A stretch of 64,000 bases of DNA, taken from Saccostrea cucullata (taxonomy: Eukaryota). Position 1 is the stretch's first letter. The number at the start of each line of letters is the position of its first letter. Shown here one piece after another: positions 1-12,241 of the stretch. The notes beneath the pieces were generated by a model. The model had not been told where the DNA came from. It did not search any database and was given only the letters and a program-made list of their open reading frames with translations. The translations under genes were made by a program, and so were the position numbers. The stretch lies in assembly GCF_032062105.1 (NCBI RefSeq), contig NW_026940997.1:1054001-1118000 (forward strand). The letters run 5' to 3'.

Positions 1-530
1 ATACTTGTTTGTCAATACCCCGTTTAGAAATTGTTCATACGCACAGCATGCTTTTGCGTATTGAATCAAATACGATATATAAACTCCGTATGCAGATAAT
101 GAAGGTATATTGCTGCAAAAGGGAGGCTGAAAATTGAACAGTTAAAGTCATCACGTTTATCAAAGAGCTTGGTTGTTAACGTCTTTTTCAAGTAAAATAC
201 TAGTATCCAAAAATGAAATAGATGTGTCAGGCTCTGTGGTATCTTTTATCTCAAACTCACCATGATATATCGTAAGAATGGAAATTACCATGTTGTTTAT
301 TGACAAGACGTCGTCGATATATCTAAATGTCAAGTAAAGGCCACAGCAAGTTTTTTCTTCTTTTCACATACAAGATTTTGCTTCATGTGAATACAAAAAA
401 AAACAAAAAAACGGGGCGCCATTGGTACTCATATGTATTCCAATAGATTGTTGGAAGACCTGGTCTCCAAATACCAATATAGATATTGTCAATCAGAAAC
501 TCAAGCATCTTTTTGATGTTAACTTCAACT
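1..530 (-). mobile_element. Penelope-like RT fragment
   Basis: The reverse strand matches the 18.1-18.9 kb RT (LEFLIDNIY..FGDQVFQQ, RYIDDV, KRDDFN). Confidence 0.7.
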
Positions 531-1989
531 TTAAACTAGAAATGAATACATAGTGAGGGAGTAGAGAGTAATATTAATGTAATAACTTTGTAGAATCTAT
601 TGGAACAGTATCTATTTTAGCATTATCAATGGTTAGAAATGCCTTCCCAACGGATATTTAAATTATTCTGTAACAGTAAAGATAAATTTTTATTATTTTC
701 TAGAATATTTCGTTTTATTTAAGTTGCAAGTAAGTTGACAAATTTTAATTAAAGTTGTAGTTAATGCAATTTACCACGCCATGTATGAATGTATTTTCTT
801 TTAACTATCAGCCGGCAAATTCAAATTTACAATATGACAGTTTTCATAGCAGTATTCATTAAAAGCAATATCGTACATCGGAACATATGTAATATATTAG
901 TTAATTGTTTTTTAAGACTTCAGAATTGCTTTTTCCAGATTTTTATTTAGTAATGTGAATACATTTACACTAAAGGTTAACTGTAATATATTTAACTTGC
1001 TGAAATATACATGTATGGGAATTACAAACAGTTCAAGTTCATTAAAACTAATCAAATCAGAAGCAATGCAAAAAAAATGAACCTCTAAAACACCAGAGGC
1101 GGGATGGCCGACCACAGGTGCCTCAAGAATAGGCCATAATTGTTCATATTTATATGAGCATCCCAGGTAGTGTAGACTCAAGTTTGAACACACCTGCTGT
1201 GTGCTCCTTGTCATGATAAAAAAGGGGAAACAAATCTGTGAACAATTCTAATTCCAATTCAATTTTAATAAATGAAATAAGAGGTCTGTAAAAAAACCGT
1301 AGTAATTATTCTTATTTATTCATAAAAGTTAACAAACAATCGATATTGAAAAGCAGGATACGTGTTTCAAGCTGTCTAAATTAAATTAATCTAAAATGAC
1401 GACTCTGCAATTTATCAAAATAAAGTTGCACTAAATCAAATTACTCTATGCGGTGTTAGGCAATGATAATTTTCAGTCAACTGCCCATAAATTAAAACTT
1501 TGCCAATATAAAGCTAGTCATTATTATCAAACCACAGAGTTTTCAAGGATGATTGAATTTCTGAAACAACACATGAATATCGAAACTGAACGGTTTGTTA
1601 AATACATCTTGTAACTTTCCTTTAGAACATCATCAATAAGTATTCTACATCCGGTTGGTGCGTAGAGCACAACGCAAAGCACCGCTGTGGGACACCCAAT
1701 ATATTTTAAAACATTAGATTTATTTTTTCCTGATTCAGGAAATATATAGGTGAAGATAACGAATATTACCAAAAAAATACAACTTTATTAAAAGTGAATA
1801 AAACACGGAGCCTTAAATATCAGAGATCAGGTGCCAAGATTGAATAAGCAATCCGTGATGATCGGTTTCACTTGGCGTGAACCCTATGTATTGATCTTGC
1901 AAACGGAGTAAGTTGCAGTCGAATTTATTATTACACAAAGACTTAATTAAAACTAGGAAACTTCATCTGTGTTACTGTAAAAGACGTTC

Positions 1990-3150
1990 ACAATGAAATA
2001 TAGGGAGATAACGAACAGTACTTATGCTCAAAAGACTATTTAACAATACAAAACTGGAGCAGCGCAAACAAGGACCTTGAAAAATCAAAGATGGGATCAG
2101 GTACAATGGATGAATGTGCATCCCCTGCAGACCGGTCACACCCGCTGTGTGCTCCTTGTCATGGTCGGGAAATAACGGGAAAATCCGTCGACAATTTAAT
2201 GGATATATAATGACCGAACAATTAGTATGAAAGGATGACTGCACTTAACGCTGTGTTTTGGGTCTTTTTTGGTCGCTTCTATTGCTTTTAAATTTTAACC
2301 TAAGTTCACTTTTATATATTTACTACAGTGGTCTGGCAATTAGACACCCAATTTTGAAATATTGTCTATTAATCTCCTTTGAACACAACATAACTAATAC
2401 AAATATACAAGTACTGTTAAAGTAGAACAATAGACAAACATGCGCTGACTATGTATAAAGTCAGATTTAAAAAAAGTTGTATTTGCTACAAGGTCATTGT
2501 ATCGACCTAACGAAATGAGATTGAAGAACTTGTGATGACCTCCTTCTTAGAAAACAGATTCGTACATCATTAATAAATACTTTTATTTATTGTAATTAAG
2601 CAAAGTTGTAGGTTAGACATTGATCATTCTTGCAATTAAAAGAAAAATGTCTGTTTCGAAAGTTAATGTTCACGCAAATTTCGCAGATCCATAAGTGCAG
2701 TCATCCTTTGTCAGTCATCATTGATTTAATGGAAAGTTGTATTTGCTAACAAGGTCATTGTATCGACCATAGAACTTACGAAATGATGACTTTAAACGAG
2801 ACTGCTGATATTCTTGTTTCAGCAACTTGTTTGTCAACAACTTACCTCGTTTTAGAAATTGTTCATTTGTGGAGCATGTTCTTGCGAATTGAATCGACTG
2901 AGAGATATAAACCCCATATGCAGGTGATGGTATATTGCTTCAAAAGTAAAGAAGTTGACGTTGGAAAGTCAAAGTCAACACGTTTATCATAAAACTTTGT
3001 AGTTAGATAATTATTAACGTCCTTTTCTAGAAAAATATCTAAATATGAAACATTCACATTAGAATGCAAATAATTATTGTAACAATTCGTCGTCGATACA
3101 TCTAAAGGTCGAGGTGAAGGTCACATCAAGGTTTTCTTTCTTCTTTTCAC
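1990..3150 (-). mobile_element. Penelope-like RT C-terminus and 3'-tail fragments (several pieces)
   Basis: ORFs VSYLDIFLEKDVNNYLTTKFYDKR and FPDHDKEHTAGVTG; tail motif gtgaccggt...gggatg...ctgatccc on the minus strand. Confidence 0.7.
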
Positions 3151-3241
3151 TTCTAAAATATCTTTCTATTCATTGATACCATAATGATAAAAGCAGAGGA
3201 CGTATATATTAGAATTCTAAAGATATCTCCTCCAATTGAGG

Positions 3242-4180
3242 TTACATTTCTACACCATATATAAACCCTCCGATTTCACAAATAATAAAATAGTTTGTTT
3301 TATCAGCAACGCTAGATATACTGATAGGACTATCCATCGACTCGTACTCAAGATAACAAATAAACTCCCCGTACGAGGATATATAATGAATTTTGTTGTT
3401 CCACGGATCAGCAACAATAAAATGGGAAGTGGCGTCCGAACATAAACCACGTGGGTAGAATGAATTATCGCGTCCATAATAATGAAATACAAGTTCACCA
3501 TCACTACTCACACAAATTATCGCGCTTTTTCCTTGGTCAGATACACAGAGATGACCTTTGGGACTCTCCACTACGTACCACGGATCGCAATACAACGGTT
3601 CTCTGTTGTGATGCTGTATTTCGCTAAAAACCTGTCCATGCTGACTAAGTGTGACTAGTTTTGCTTCTTTATTTCGTCGAAGAGTCAACAAAATATGACC
3701 CGATTTTGTTGTGTTTACTCCTTGAGGTTGCCATTCACCTGTCGAGAAGAGATGTTTGATGCGTCCCTTTATGTAAAACATCACTGCTTTTATACCAAAT
3801 TCCGTATAAAGTACACCATTAGAACAGGAAGTTATACAAAGTGGACTTCTGGTCACCTGGAACGAATCAACTTCTTTTCCAGAGAGATCAAATTGCTTTA
3901 TCATTTTGCTTTGTTCCGAGCAAATGTAAAATAATCCCATATCCTGGTAACTTACATCACATGTATTTTCAAACCCGGATGGTAGTGTATCCTTTTTGAC
4001 TAGCTGCCTTCTTTTTTCTTCCTTCGCCTCTTCAGAGAGAACAATTTTGTGGGAGTTCGTGGAGGACATTTTAATGTGGACAGCTACACAGTCCTTACAA
4101 AGAGCTACCTTACAAGGCAGACAACGAAAGATAACTTTATCATAACAAAACTGACATTCGTCATTGCTTAACATGTCCAT
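3242..4180 (-). CDS. B-box zinc finger + NHL-repeat (TRIM-like, RING-less) protein, 312 aa, single coding exon
   Basis: ORF 3242-4228. The likely start is ATG 4180 (MDMLSN), just after an acceptor-like ttcagcag. N-terminal CxxC-x7-CxxC-x4-CxxC-x3-H-x8-H B-box, then NHL/beta-propeller repeats (PLCIT, PQGVNTT, PWYVV..GHLCVSD, PRGLCSD..FIVADPWNNKIH). No RING or long coiled coil. Confidence 0.8.
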   Translation of the reverse strand: MDMLSNDECQFCYDKVIFRCLPCKVALCKDCVAVHIKMSSTNSHKIVLSEEAKEEKRRQLVKKDTLPSGFENTCDVSYQDMGLFYICSEQSKMIKQFDLSGKEVDSFQVTRSPLCITSCSNGVLYTEFGIKAVMFYIKGRIKHLFSTGEWQPQGVNTTKSGHILLTLRRNKEAKLVTLSQHGQVFSEIQHHNREPLYCDPWYVVESPKGHLCVSDQGKSAIICVSSDGELVFHYYGRDNSFYPRGLCSDATSHFIVADPWNNKIHYISSYGEFICYLEYESMDSPISISSVADKTNYFIICEIGGFIYGVEM

Positions 4181-4759
4181 ATCTGCTGAATTAGATAGGT
4201 AAATAAATAGAAATGACAACTGGTACAACCACTGACTGGTGTCACAAATTGTCTAGTAAGTAGGACGCAACAATGTATCGAAATAGCCTAAAACAAACAG
4301 GTGAAAATCTATTACAGTATCAAGAACTTGAAAATACAGGTTTTAAAATTGAAATTTGTTAATTCAAAGCATTTTTCCCTCAAACTTATTCATAAATGAA
4401 TCCAAAAAGATGGGTGGATAAGGCGGACGAAGTGCCTATAGTGCGACAGATAAGAAGTGAAAAATTTAATCTCAATTAAATCCATATTTTATTTGATATT
4501 TCATCTAATATTAAAGTATACTTTATGTAAAATCTCTACAATTTACAAAATCTCACATAGACTGAAAATATTTGCCTATGAAAAAGCATACACACACTAA
4601 AAAAACAAAAACGATCATTTTCTCATACTTTAACAACATTTTTCAATAAGAGTGGGTCTTCGCTCCATTTTTTTGAAAGGTAATCCTAAAAGTTTGCAAT
4701 AAAATATACATTTTTAGGGTCATATCACAAACATGATTTAAATGCCCAAAATCATCATG

Positions 4760-4855
4760 AGCAATGTAGCATAGTGGTTAGCGCGTTAGTCTCAAAGCAA
4801 TATGATAGTCATTCGTCGGATTTTTATTGCTATAGGGTTCGAATCCCACGAATAT
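4760..4855 (+). repeat. tRNA-like Pol III box A/B segment (SINE head or tRNA pseudogene)
   Basis: Box A TAGCATAGTGG and box B GGTTCGAATCC; the acceptor stem does not pair, so this is not a functional tRNA. Confidence 0.4.
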
Positions 4856-6095
4856 CACCATGTATTATTATAAAAGAATTATTTTTTTACGAGATTTTTT
4901 CCTCTCAGAAAATTTTTTTTCTCTCATAATTTCATAAATTTTAATAACGAGAAGTTATCTAAATACTCAGTTCACATATTGAATATCATTTATTAATATC
5001 CGATGCGATAGGCATTATGCCCGCCTTGTTCCCCTATCTTCTTTCAAAAGAAAATTTAACTTAAGGTTTTATAAAGAATTACATTACTGAGTATTTAGTA
5101 ATTGAATTTTTAAACTTGTGAAGTAAAGAAGAAAACGCATGCCCAAGCTGTTAAAACTCACTTCAGTTAAATTAAAAAAAAACTTTTGTAGCGCACAAAC
5201 AACGAAGATCAATTTACACTTACCTCTATCCAAAAAAGAACATGGCTTTTGTACTCCATGTATATCATACATAATTGAAGTACAAGATTCATTGATAAAA
5301 CAGTATGTATGGTCATGTTTCTCTTATCACACTTACGTAAGCCAACATTGATAATCCTAAATTATGCACATTTTAATCTTTTATCACTTGAAGGCATACT
5401 TGCCATTAAGTTACTAGTATTTAGGGGAGCTATTATATTTTGTTGTTTTAATAATATATAGATGCGAGGAATTCAGTTTCCTGTAAACGAGTAAAGTCAC
5501 ATGTTGACTTTTTAGAATTGCCAAGAAAATTCGTATATATTAGATTTGTACAAGTATTAGTATTTTAAGCTGGTTACTGTTCAAAGTCTTTGTGGCCATT
5601 GGGGTTCTGCATACGTCTTAGGTAAATTGTATAAAAATTATTTTAGGATTTTTTTCTTTTTACATTTTGAAGTGAAGGACTTCATGTAAAATGTTGTATG
5701 AAATACTTTAACTATTTTACAAGTAACACATCAACGACTATCGTGGATGATAAGTGTGATAAGAAATTTTATCTAGAGTTTCTTATTGACATTATTTATG
5801 TAGTCTTTTGAGATCAGGCCTTCCAATAAACAGTTGAAAATCCGATGGGTACCAACTGTGCCCTTTTTTATAAGTCGATCCGATTTTCTTGTCCTTCAAA
5901 GCAGAATTTATTCGTATATTTTAAAACTTTTAATTAAAAAAAATTCCTACGCCCTTTAACTTGGTATTTTTAAAAATACAAGTACATGTATATCGACGAT
6001 GTTATAGCAATAAACAAAAGTTACTTTCATTTGCGTGACGACTGGATATTTCGAATTTAATTCGAAATTAAACACACTACAGGGTCTGTCACATC

Positions 6096-6316
6096 ACAGG
6101 AGTGGCACTAGATGGATCCCAGAAGTGAAAAGGAAGAAAGGCCGACTAGAAAAGAAAACATGGAGGCAAACGGTAGAGAAAGAACTGAAGAACATTAATC
6201 TTACCTGGGGAGACGTGGAGAAGATTGCTAAGAACAGGGAAGAATGGAAATCCCTAGTCCTTTTCCTATGTGTGCCTCTGGGTGCAACAAGGACTTGGTA
6301 GGTAGGTAGGTAGGAT
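6096..6316 (+). mobile_element. 5'-truncated RTE-clade LINE with (TAGG)n tail and 16-bp target-site duplication
   Basis: Encodes an RTE-type C-terminus WIPEVKRKKGR..KTWRQTVEKE..LTWGDVEKIAKNREEWKSLV; tail ggtaggtaggtagg; flanking direct repeats cagggtctgtcacatc (6080-6095) and cagagtctgtcacatc (6317-6332). Confidence 0.8.
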
Positions 6317-6798
6317 CAGAGTCTGTCACATCTGTTTCTGCTTAGATATTTACTTACTTGTGTTTACGATAATAGCCAACAAATAGCTGGACTGTATGAC
6401 AAACGGGACTAAGTTTTCAATCGCTGACTTTCCTCGTTCATGTAGCAATATTCCAACACCACCTGAATATGTTTAAGTCTCCCACTTGATTGGATACGCA
6501 AGAGAATGCTCTATGATCAGTTTTTAAAAAAGAAAAAGCTACTGACAAATAAACGTCTGTTATGACGATTTTAACAACCTTATTTAGAGCCACCTTTTCG
6601 CAAAAAATGGTTAAACTGAGTTTGTAAATAAAATCTATCATTGGGTCTAATTTAGTCTAACATATTTAACCTTGTTAGGTCACTGCTTTTATACTAAATT
6701 AGAACACGGTACACTCCAAAAGTCCATATACCTCATCTATACGTAGGGTTCACATGGAGTGTGACAAGAGGCGATGCTTACTCGTCCTAGACAACTTT

Positions 6799-7640
6799 TT
6801 AAGGAATGACTCTAATTCTTGGCCACATTATTCGATTATAACCTGGTTTGGGTCAGTTTACACTTTATAATCCGCGAAGCGGATTATAAAAAAAGGTTAA
6901 CTGACCCAAACCAGGTTATAATCGAATAATTTGGTCAAGAATTAGAGTCATACCTTATAATTTAATTTTAGAATAATTAAACAACTGTGGGTGTAAAATT
7001 TTGCTGCTTTTTATGAGTTCAAATTTGCCGCTCAATAATACATCCCTAGTGACGGAAGTGATGTGAAACAAGGGGAGGTAATATAACTGATACACAGATC
7101 TAGCAGCCATGATGTTTGTTTACATGGGGTAAGATCGAGCTACTGTTTGAAGTTTAAGGTACATTTATTAAATCTGGAATTTTCGATGAATCCCAAGGAC
7201 TGGAAATGAGGGGATTACATTGATACAGATGATTCAGCTGGTTGTCAAGGGGGCGTGTCCCCATACCAAACTAGATTATTGAGAAATAATTTGCGTTCCT
7301 TTTTGGACATCAACTACATGAGGGACTAGAATACAAACAAAATTAATTTATTAAGGAATGAATTTAATAGCTACCCATTTTATACGGTATAAACTGGGTT
7401 GGGACAGTTTACGCTTTATAAACCGCGAAGCGAAAGTTAATTTCCATTCATTTGATGTAAAAAAAAAAAAAAAGATGATTGTTCTAACAAAATGACTTCA
7501 ATTTGTACAAAATTTGAATGTAACATCAGGCGGATTGATACGTTTTTGATGCAAGTATGCAACCCATTTTATACGATATAAAGTAAATTTTTTATCCAAT
7601 CAAATACAGCGTTACAACCAGAATTAAATTATTCCTAAAT
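6799..7640. mobile_element. Non-autonomous palindromic element(s); ~160-bp hairpin at 6799-6957 centred on GCGAAGC
   Basis: Arms taaggaatgactctaattcttg..cctggtttgggtcagtt / aactgacccaaaccagg..caagaattagagtcataccttaa; a second related half-arm at 7352-7432 also ends ccgcgaagcg. Confidence 0.6.
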
Positions 7641-8139
7641 AAAATGTTTCTAGGGGTCCGTATTTTCCCTGTTCGCAATTAGGTTTGTTTACTTGATTTA
7701 TGAAATTAATTACTGTTCATTATTTTAAGATAATTACTGTTCGGTATTTTGAGATATTAATACTGTTCGTTATTTTATGATTTTGAATTAGAGGTTTAAT
7801 ATATATCAACATACATGTTATAGTTCTAGATATAGCATTTCCAGGGGTCCATATTTTTCTGCCCTGTTCACGGAAAAAATTATTTGTAACTATAGCGATC
7901 GATTACCATTTGTTAACTTCACCCTTATTATGTAATTAAACGAAAGATCATGTTAACAGTTGTTGGTTCTTTTGCTTGTTGTCATCGAAAAATACTACCG
8001 TCATAAATGACGACAGTTTCCTTATGCAAGGATTAGCTAGAAAAAAATATGACTGTTTGTTACATGAACTATCAGAGCATTCGTCATCAAACTGTGATCA
8101 CTATAGTTTGTTGTTAACAGTGTCTGGAAACGTTGTTTT

Positions 8140-8430
8140 TGTATACAGGTGAAGGGCCTCGGATTTAGACCTTCGTCGGGACTCGGGGCCATTGAGAAGT
8201 AAGGGTTCTTAATAGTGCCAATCCCATTCACTTTTATTTGTGAATAAAATATTGTATAAATAAAAAAAATAGTGCCAATGCCCGTCGTGACACGAGACCT
8301 CGGTTTTTATAATCTCATTCGAAAGACCCGCAACTTTTACTTCTAAGTGCCGAGCGCCTGGCTACTAAGGAACAGTTGTCTCCTTTTTTTTTTTTAATCG
8401 AGCGAGCGCTCTACCGACTTAGCGACTTAT
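8140..8430 (-). mobile_element. tRNA-derived SINE with Deu/Nin-type core (decayed)
   Basis: The minus strand reads gtctttcgaatgagattataaaaaccgaggtctcgtgt (Deu/Nin-like core) and tcggtagagcgctcgc (box A-like). Related pieces lie at 16990-17160, 27180-27320, 36470-36602 and 39317-39455, the last three with (AAAC)-like tails. Confidence 0.6.
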
Positions 8431-8467
8431 CAGCCTGAGTTGGTTGGAATAACCAGAAAAACAATTA

Positions 8468-9272
8468 GGCGCCGTTTTGTTATTTACTAGCAAAAAATTT
8501 GAATAGGGGATATCACTTATTCGAATAGATGATATCACCTTTTCATTTCCAATAGGTGATATCACCTATTCAGTTTGAATTGGTGATATCATCATTTTGA
8601 ATAGGTGATATCACCTATTAGTATTTCTTACAACAATAAATAATGAATGCTCCCTAGACTGTATAGATTTCCACTGGAACCAAGAAAATTTGGACTGTCC
8701 AGTTATCACCTGTATTTTAGTCCAAGACTTTTTAATTTTTGTAAAATTTGCCCAGCTGGGGTACAGCAGAGTGGCACGCATTTCACTCTTTATAATGTTC
8801 AGGAGGCATATTCTCTTTAGAACATTTATCATGCATTTTTCACAATTTGTCATTTTTCCTCTAGAAAACATGATAGATAAGTGAAATAAATGAATTTTTG
8901 AGCAAAACAAACTACAAGTTCTACTGGGGTGCTAAAAACTAAATGCAAAACTGTTATCCATTGTCTCCACGAACGATGAGTTATAAAAGGAAAGTGAAAG
9001 TAAGTGAGATTTAGAGACCTATAGTCTTGGGAGCTGTTGTTATTTCATAAATAGTCCATGAAACTATTTTTAGGTATTTACTGCCAAAAAGTGATATCAC
9101 CTATTCGATTAAGTGATATCACCTTTTCGAAAAGGTGATATCACCATTTCAAATCAAATAGGTATTATCACCTATTGGAATATGTGATATCACTTAATTA
9201 TTCGAATAGGTGATATCACCTATTCGAATAGGTGATATCACCTTTTTGCAGTAAATATCAAAACGGCGCCCC
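8468..9272. mobile_element. Non-autonomous TIR element with arrays of the palindrome ATAGGTGATATCACCTAT
   Basis: TIRs ggcgccgttttgttatttactagcaaaaa / tttttgcagtaaatatcaaaacggcgcc; about 6 subterminal ~23-bp palindromic units on the left (8503-8620) and about 7 on the right (9090-9245). Confidence 0.75.
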
Positions 9273-9816
9273 ATAGAATTTGGGCAATCGATCTTTCACC
9301 CATGTATTGTCCAAGAGTGTTGTTTTATATACCAATCTGTTTGGCAAAAAACTTGATAGAAAGAAGTTGTGACTTATCCTAATAAAATTGGCTAAGTTTG
9401 AATTCTGCTGACACCATAGAAAGAAAAATGATTCAAGATACTTTTGTTTCAATCCATTGACATCATGCAGCGGTGCCATTAATCTGATCTACCAAGTTCC
9501 GATTCGTAACTACAACTGAATGAAACTGTAACTGTTCGCAGACAGTAGTTTTCTAAATGATTTCCTCTAATGAGGTACACAGAAACAAATTGTCAACATC
9601 ACAGTATAGTTTGTTAAACTAAAAGAATGGTGTTTGTACCAGAAAGGCAATGTCGGAGAAAATGAGAAAATGTGGAATATACATATCAAGCACACCGATG
9701 CACTATTCAACTGAAGTAAAATCACGCTGTCTCGCGTTAACAATCAAGGCGGCCGTGTCAACTTCCTAAAGTTTTGTGTTACATGGATTTAACCTCATGT
9801 TTTGAACAGTTAAAAA

Positions 9817-9880
9817 TATATAAATAATGGGCTAACCTCAATCGAAAGATCAAAAGCAATTCTTAGTTCACTGACTTCAG
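9817..9880 (+). promoter_or_regulatory. Putative TATA box and short non-coding first exon of Kunitz paralog A
   Basis: TATATAAA 9817-9824; donor cag|gtaggt at 9881; acceptor tacag| at 10272, 8 nt before the ATG. The same layout occurs in paralogs B and C. Confidence 0.5.
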
Positions 9881-10280
9881 GTAGGTCAATTAAATAGGTT
9901 GTTTGATTTTAATATTACTAGGCTCACGTTTTTATTCACTGAGAACCCCTACAGGTGAATGGCTTCAATAACAAGGGGATGCTGAAACTGCAGCTTTCCA
10001 TGTATGGGCGCTGAACGACATAACCATAGTCTGTCGAAATGAAATAAATCAAAATTGTAAATAGTGCTAGGGTTAGGGTTGAAAACTACCGTAGGTTTAT
10101 ATCAAATAAAACACATGATTTTAGATTTAAAAAGAAGTAAAAAAGTCAATTTCATATCCACTGGGTGAAAAGAAATAGACGCCTTTATATCGTGTATTTG
10201 TTAATACTGACATTTTTAGGACGATTGAGAAAATTGTAAAGGGATAGATTAATATTTCTGAATTACTTACAGGTTTCGTC

Positions 10281-11902
10281 ATGAATTTGTTTGCTTTGTG
10301 GATATCATTACTTCCCATTGTACTGGGAAGAATGCACACGTCATCAATGCCCAATAAAGAGAGGATGGGAACTAATCAAGGAATGACAATGGGTGCTTCA
10401 AACATGACTCCCGGAAATCCTGGTACAGGTCCTTCTCCTACCCTTCCTCCGCCTCCAAGAGTCATGTTTCGTCCTAGGGTCCCATTCAGTAAGTATGGAT
10501 AGAATAGGAATAGTGATATTATATTTGCTTAATGCGCTGCGTTTAAGGAATGATTCATCAATTGATTGCCAAAATGAAGTTACTTTAAATATTTCCAGAT
10601 TACTTTCGATAGATTTATATTCTTCTTTTTTTCTCGTCTTTTCTATTTTTTTATTTGTAAAAAATATTTTTATTATATTTTTTAAAAGCATTAAAGTAAA
10701 AATTTTCGGACATTCATGATTTAAAAGTACCGGTACATGGTTTTGGTAATATTAACGAGTAAGAGGACCAAGTTTCAGAACAAAAAGTGTTGACAATTAA
10801 GCAAAAACATTTGTAACTTGTACCGGTATTTGAAAGACAAATTTTATTGAAAATGTATCTACATTAGAACATCACATTGTGAAAGAAATTTGTAAAACTG
10901 AATTATCTCTCGAAATATTTAAATTCATCACTTGTTTTCAAGATTTTATAAAGATTAATATCTTAATGAACTGATTGTTTTTAATACCTAGTATGCACCT
11001 TATTCGTGGACTCGGGATACTTTTGTCCGTCTGGGTCTCGTCCCTCAACCCAGTACTACTATGATCCATTCACTCAGAGATGTCAGTCTTTTTACTATCG
11101 AGGATGTGGAGGATCTCCCAATAGATTCTCCTCCAGAACCGAATGTCTCAGAAACTGCGGTTGTTATAGCAACATTGACTCTGGTAACAGCTGCCCTATC
11201 AGTCCTTTTCAGCCCCCTGTCTACAGATACACAATCAGGTATGCCTTTAATCAGTTCTCAGGCACCTGTCAACCTTTCCAGTTCAGCTCATGCAACGGTG
11301 GTAATGACAACAACTTTCGTTCCCTGCTTGAATGTCAGACCACTTGTGGATCAAATTCTGACTCCGACTTAGGACCATTCGAGTTCAACGTGGTACCAAT
11401 AGGCGCATCGAATGGAATAATGGGTGCTATGTCCAATAGAGCTACGTCGTCAGTCCTTCCAAACAATGCTCAGCAGCGCAGTAATTTGCCGCCAGTGAAC
11501 ACCATCCCTTCTGAATCTCACAATGAATCTCAATTTAACTTCGGTTCCTCTTCCATCATGGCAGTAGAAGGAAACTCCAATGGAAACATGGGGATCCCTG
11601 CATCTGAATTTAATTTCGGATCTTCATCACTCTTAGCTGGAAATGCGCCCTTCACTGGAAGGAATAACATAATGCCTTCATTTACTAACAGTGAAAACAG
11701 AGGCTTACCATCTCCTATGACCAATTCTCAGACTGGAACGTCTTCAGTTGCTGGAAACTCGGCATTTAACGGAGGACTTAGGACACCCTCCTCAGTCAAT
11801 ATGGTTTCTTCTTTTTTGGGCTCTAGTGGACCCGCAGGGTTTCAATCCGGAAATGGAATGTCAAACGGAATGATAACAGGATTGAGGAGTAAAACATACT
11901 AA
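10281..11902 (+). CDS. Secreted double BPTI/Kunitz-domain protein with low-complexity N/G/S/P-rich arms (paralog A), 372 aa; exons 10281-10488, 10992-11902
   Basis: Signal peptide MNLFALWISLLPIVLG. Donor ca|gtaagt at 10489 and acceptor cctag| at 10991 join in phase 1 (A+TA=Ile), restoring Kunitz Cys1 (CTLFVDSG). Two Kunitz motifs (CQSFYYRGCGGSPNRF..C...C; CQPFQFSSCNGGNDNNF...C...C). AATAAA at 11901 overlaps the stop. Confidence 0.9.
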
Positions 11903-12124
11903 TAAATGAATTGTTGAATTTAAGAAATGTGTTCTCTTTTTCATTTGTATAAATATAAAAATTTTTAGGTGAGTTTTATATTGAACATACAGATAGAACA
12001 TCTGCCATGGTTAAAATAAGTAATACTAGTATTCTACGCATTTATACCAAAAATCTATTATTTGAATGGTTCGTTTTTTCGGTATACTTGCCGCATGTCC
12101 ATAGTATGGTTGTGAAATTTCACC

Positions 12125-12241
12125 CGACTAGTATATTGTGATAATGTTTTATACATGTATTATACGATTTATCGGCAAATAAATAACATGCCGATAAATC
12201 GTATAATACATGTATAAAACATTATCACAATATACTAGTCG
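12125..12241. repeat. Perfect 53-bp-arm inverted repeat with 11-nt loop
   Basis: 12125-12177 is the exact reverse complement of 12189-12241 (checked base by base). Confidence 0.95.

Larger units (their letters stand above)
5770..7920 (+). mobile_element. Highly decayed Penelope-like element, split by an RTE insertion and a palindromic element
   Basis: Traces of EFLIDI..QAFQ..PMGTNCA (5775-5862), YIDDVI (5990) and YDKRD (6395). Tail halves at 6770-6793 and 7645-7760 flank the 6800-7640 insert. Confidence 0.6.

Noticed and set aside
4760-4855. Possible intron-containing tRNA-Leu(CAA) (agtctcaa..gggttcgaatccca)
   Set aside because: Acceptor and anticodon stems do not pair; treated as a SINE-like or pseudogene remnant.
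8503-9245. CRISPR-like array of short palindromic repeats
   Set aside because: No unique spacers, the repeats lie inside TIRs, the context is eukaryotic, and there are no cas genes.
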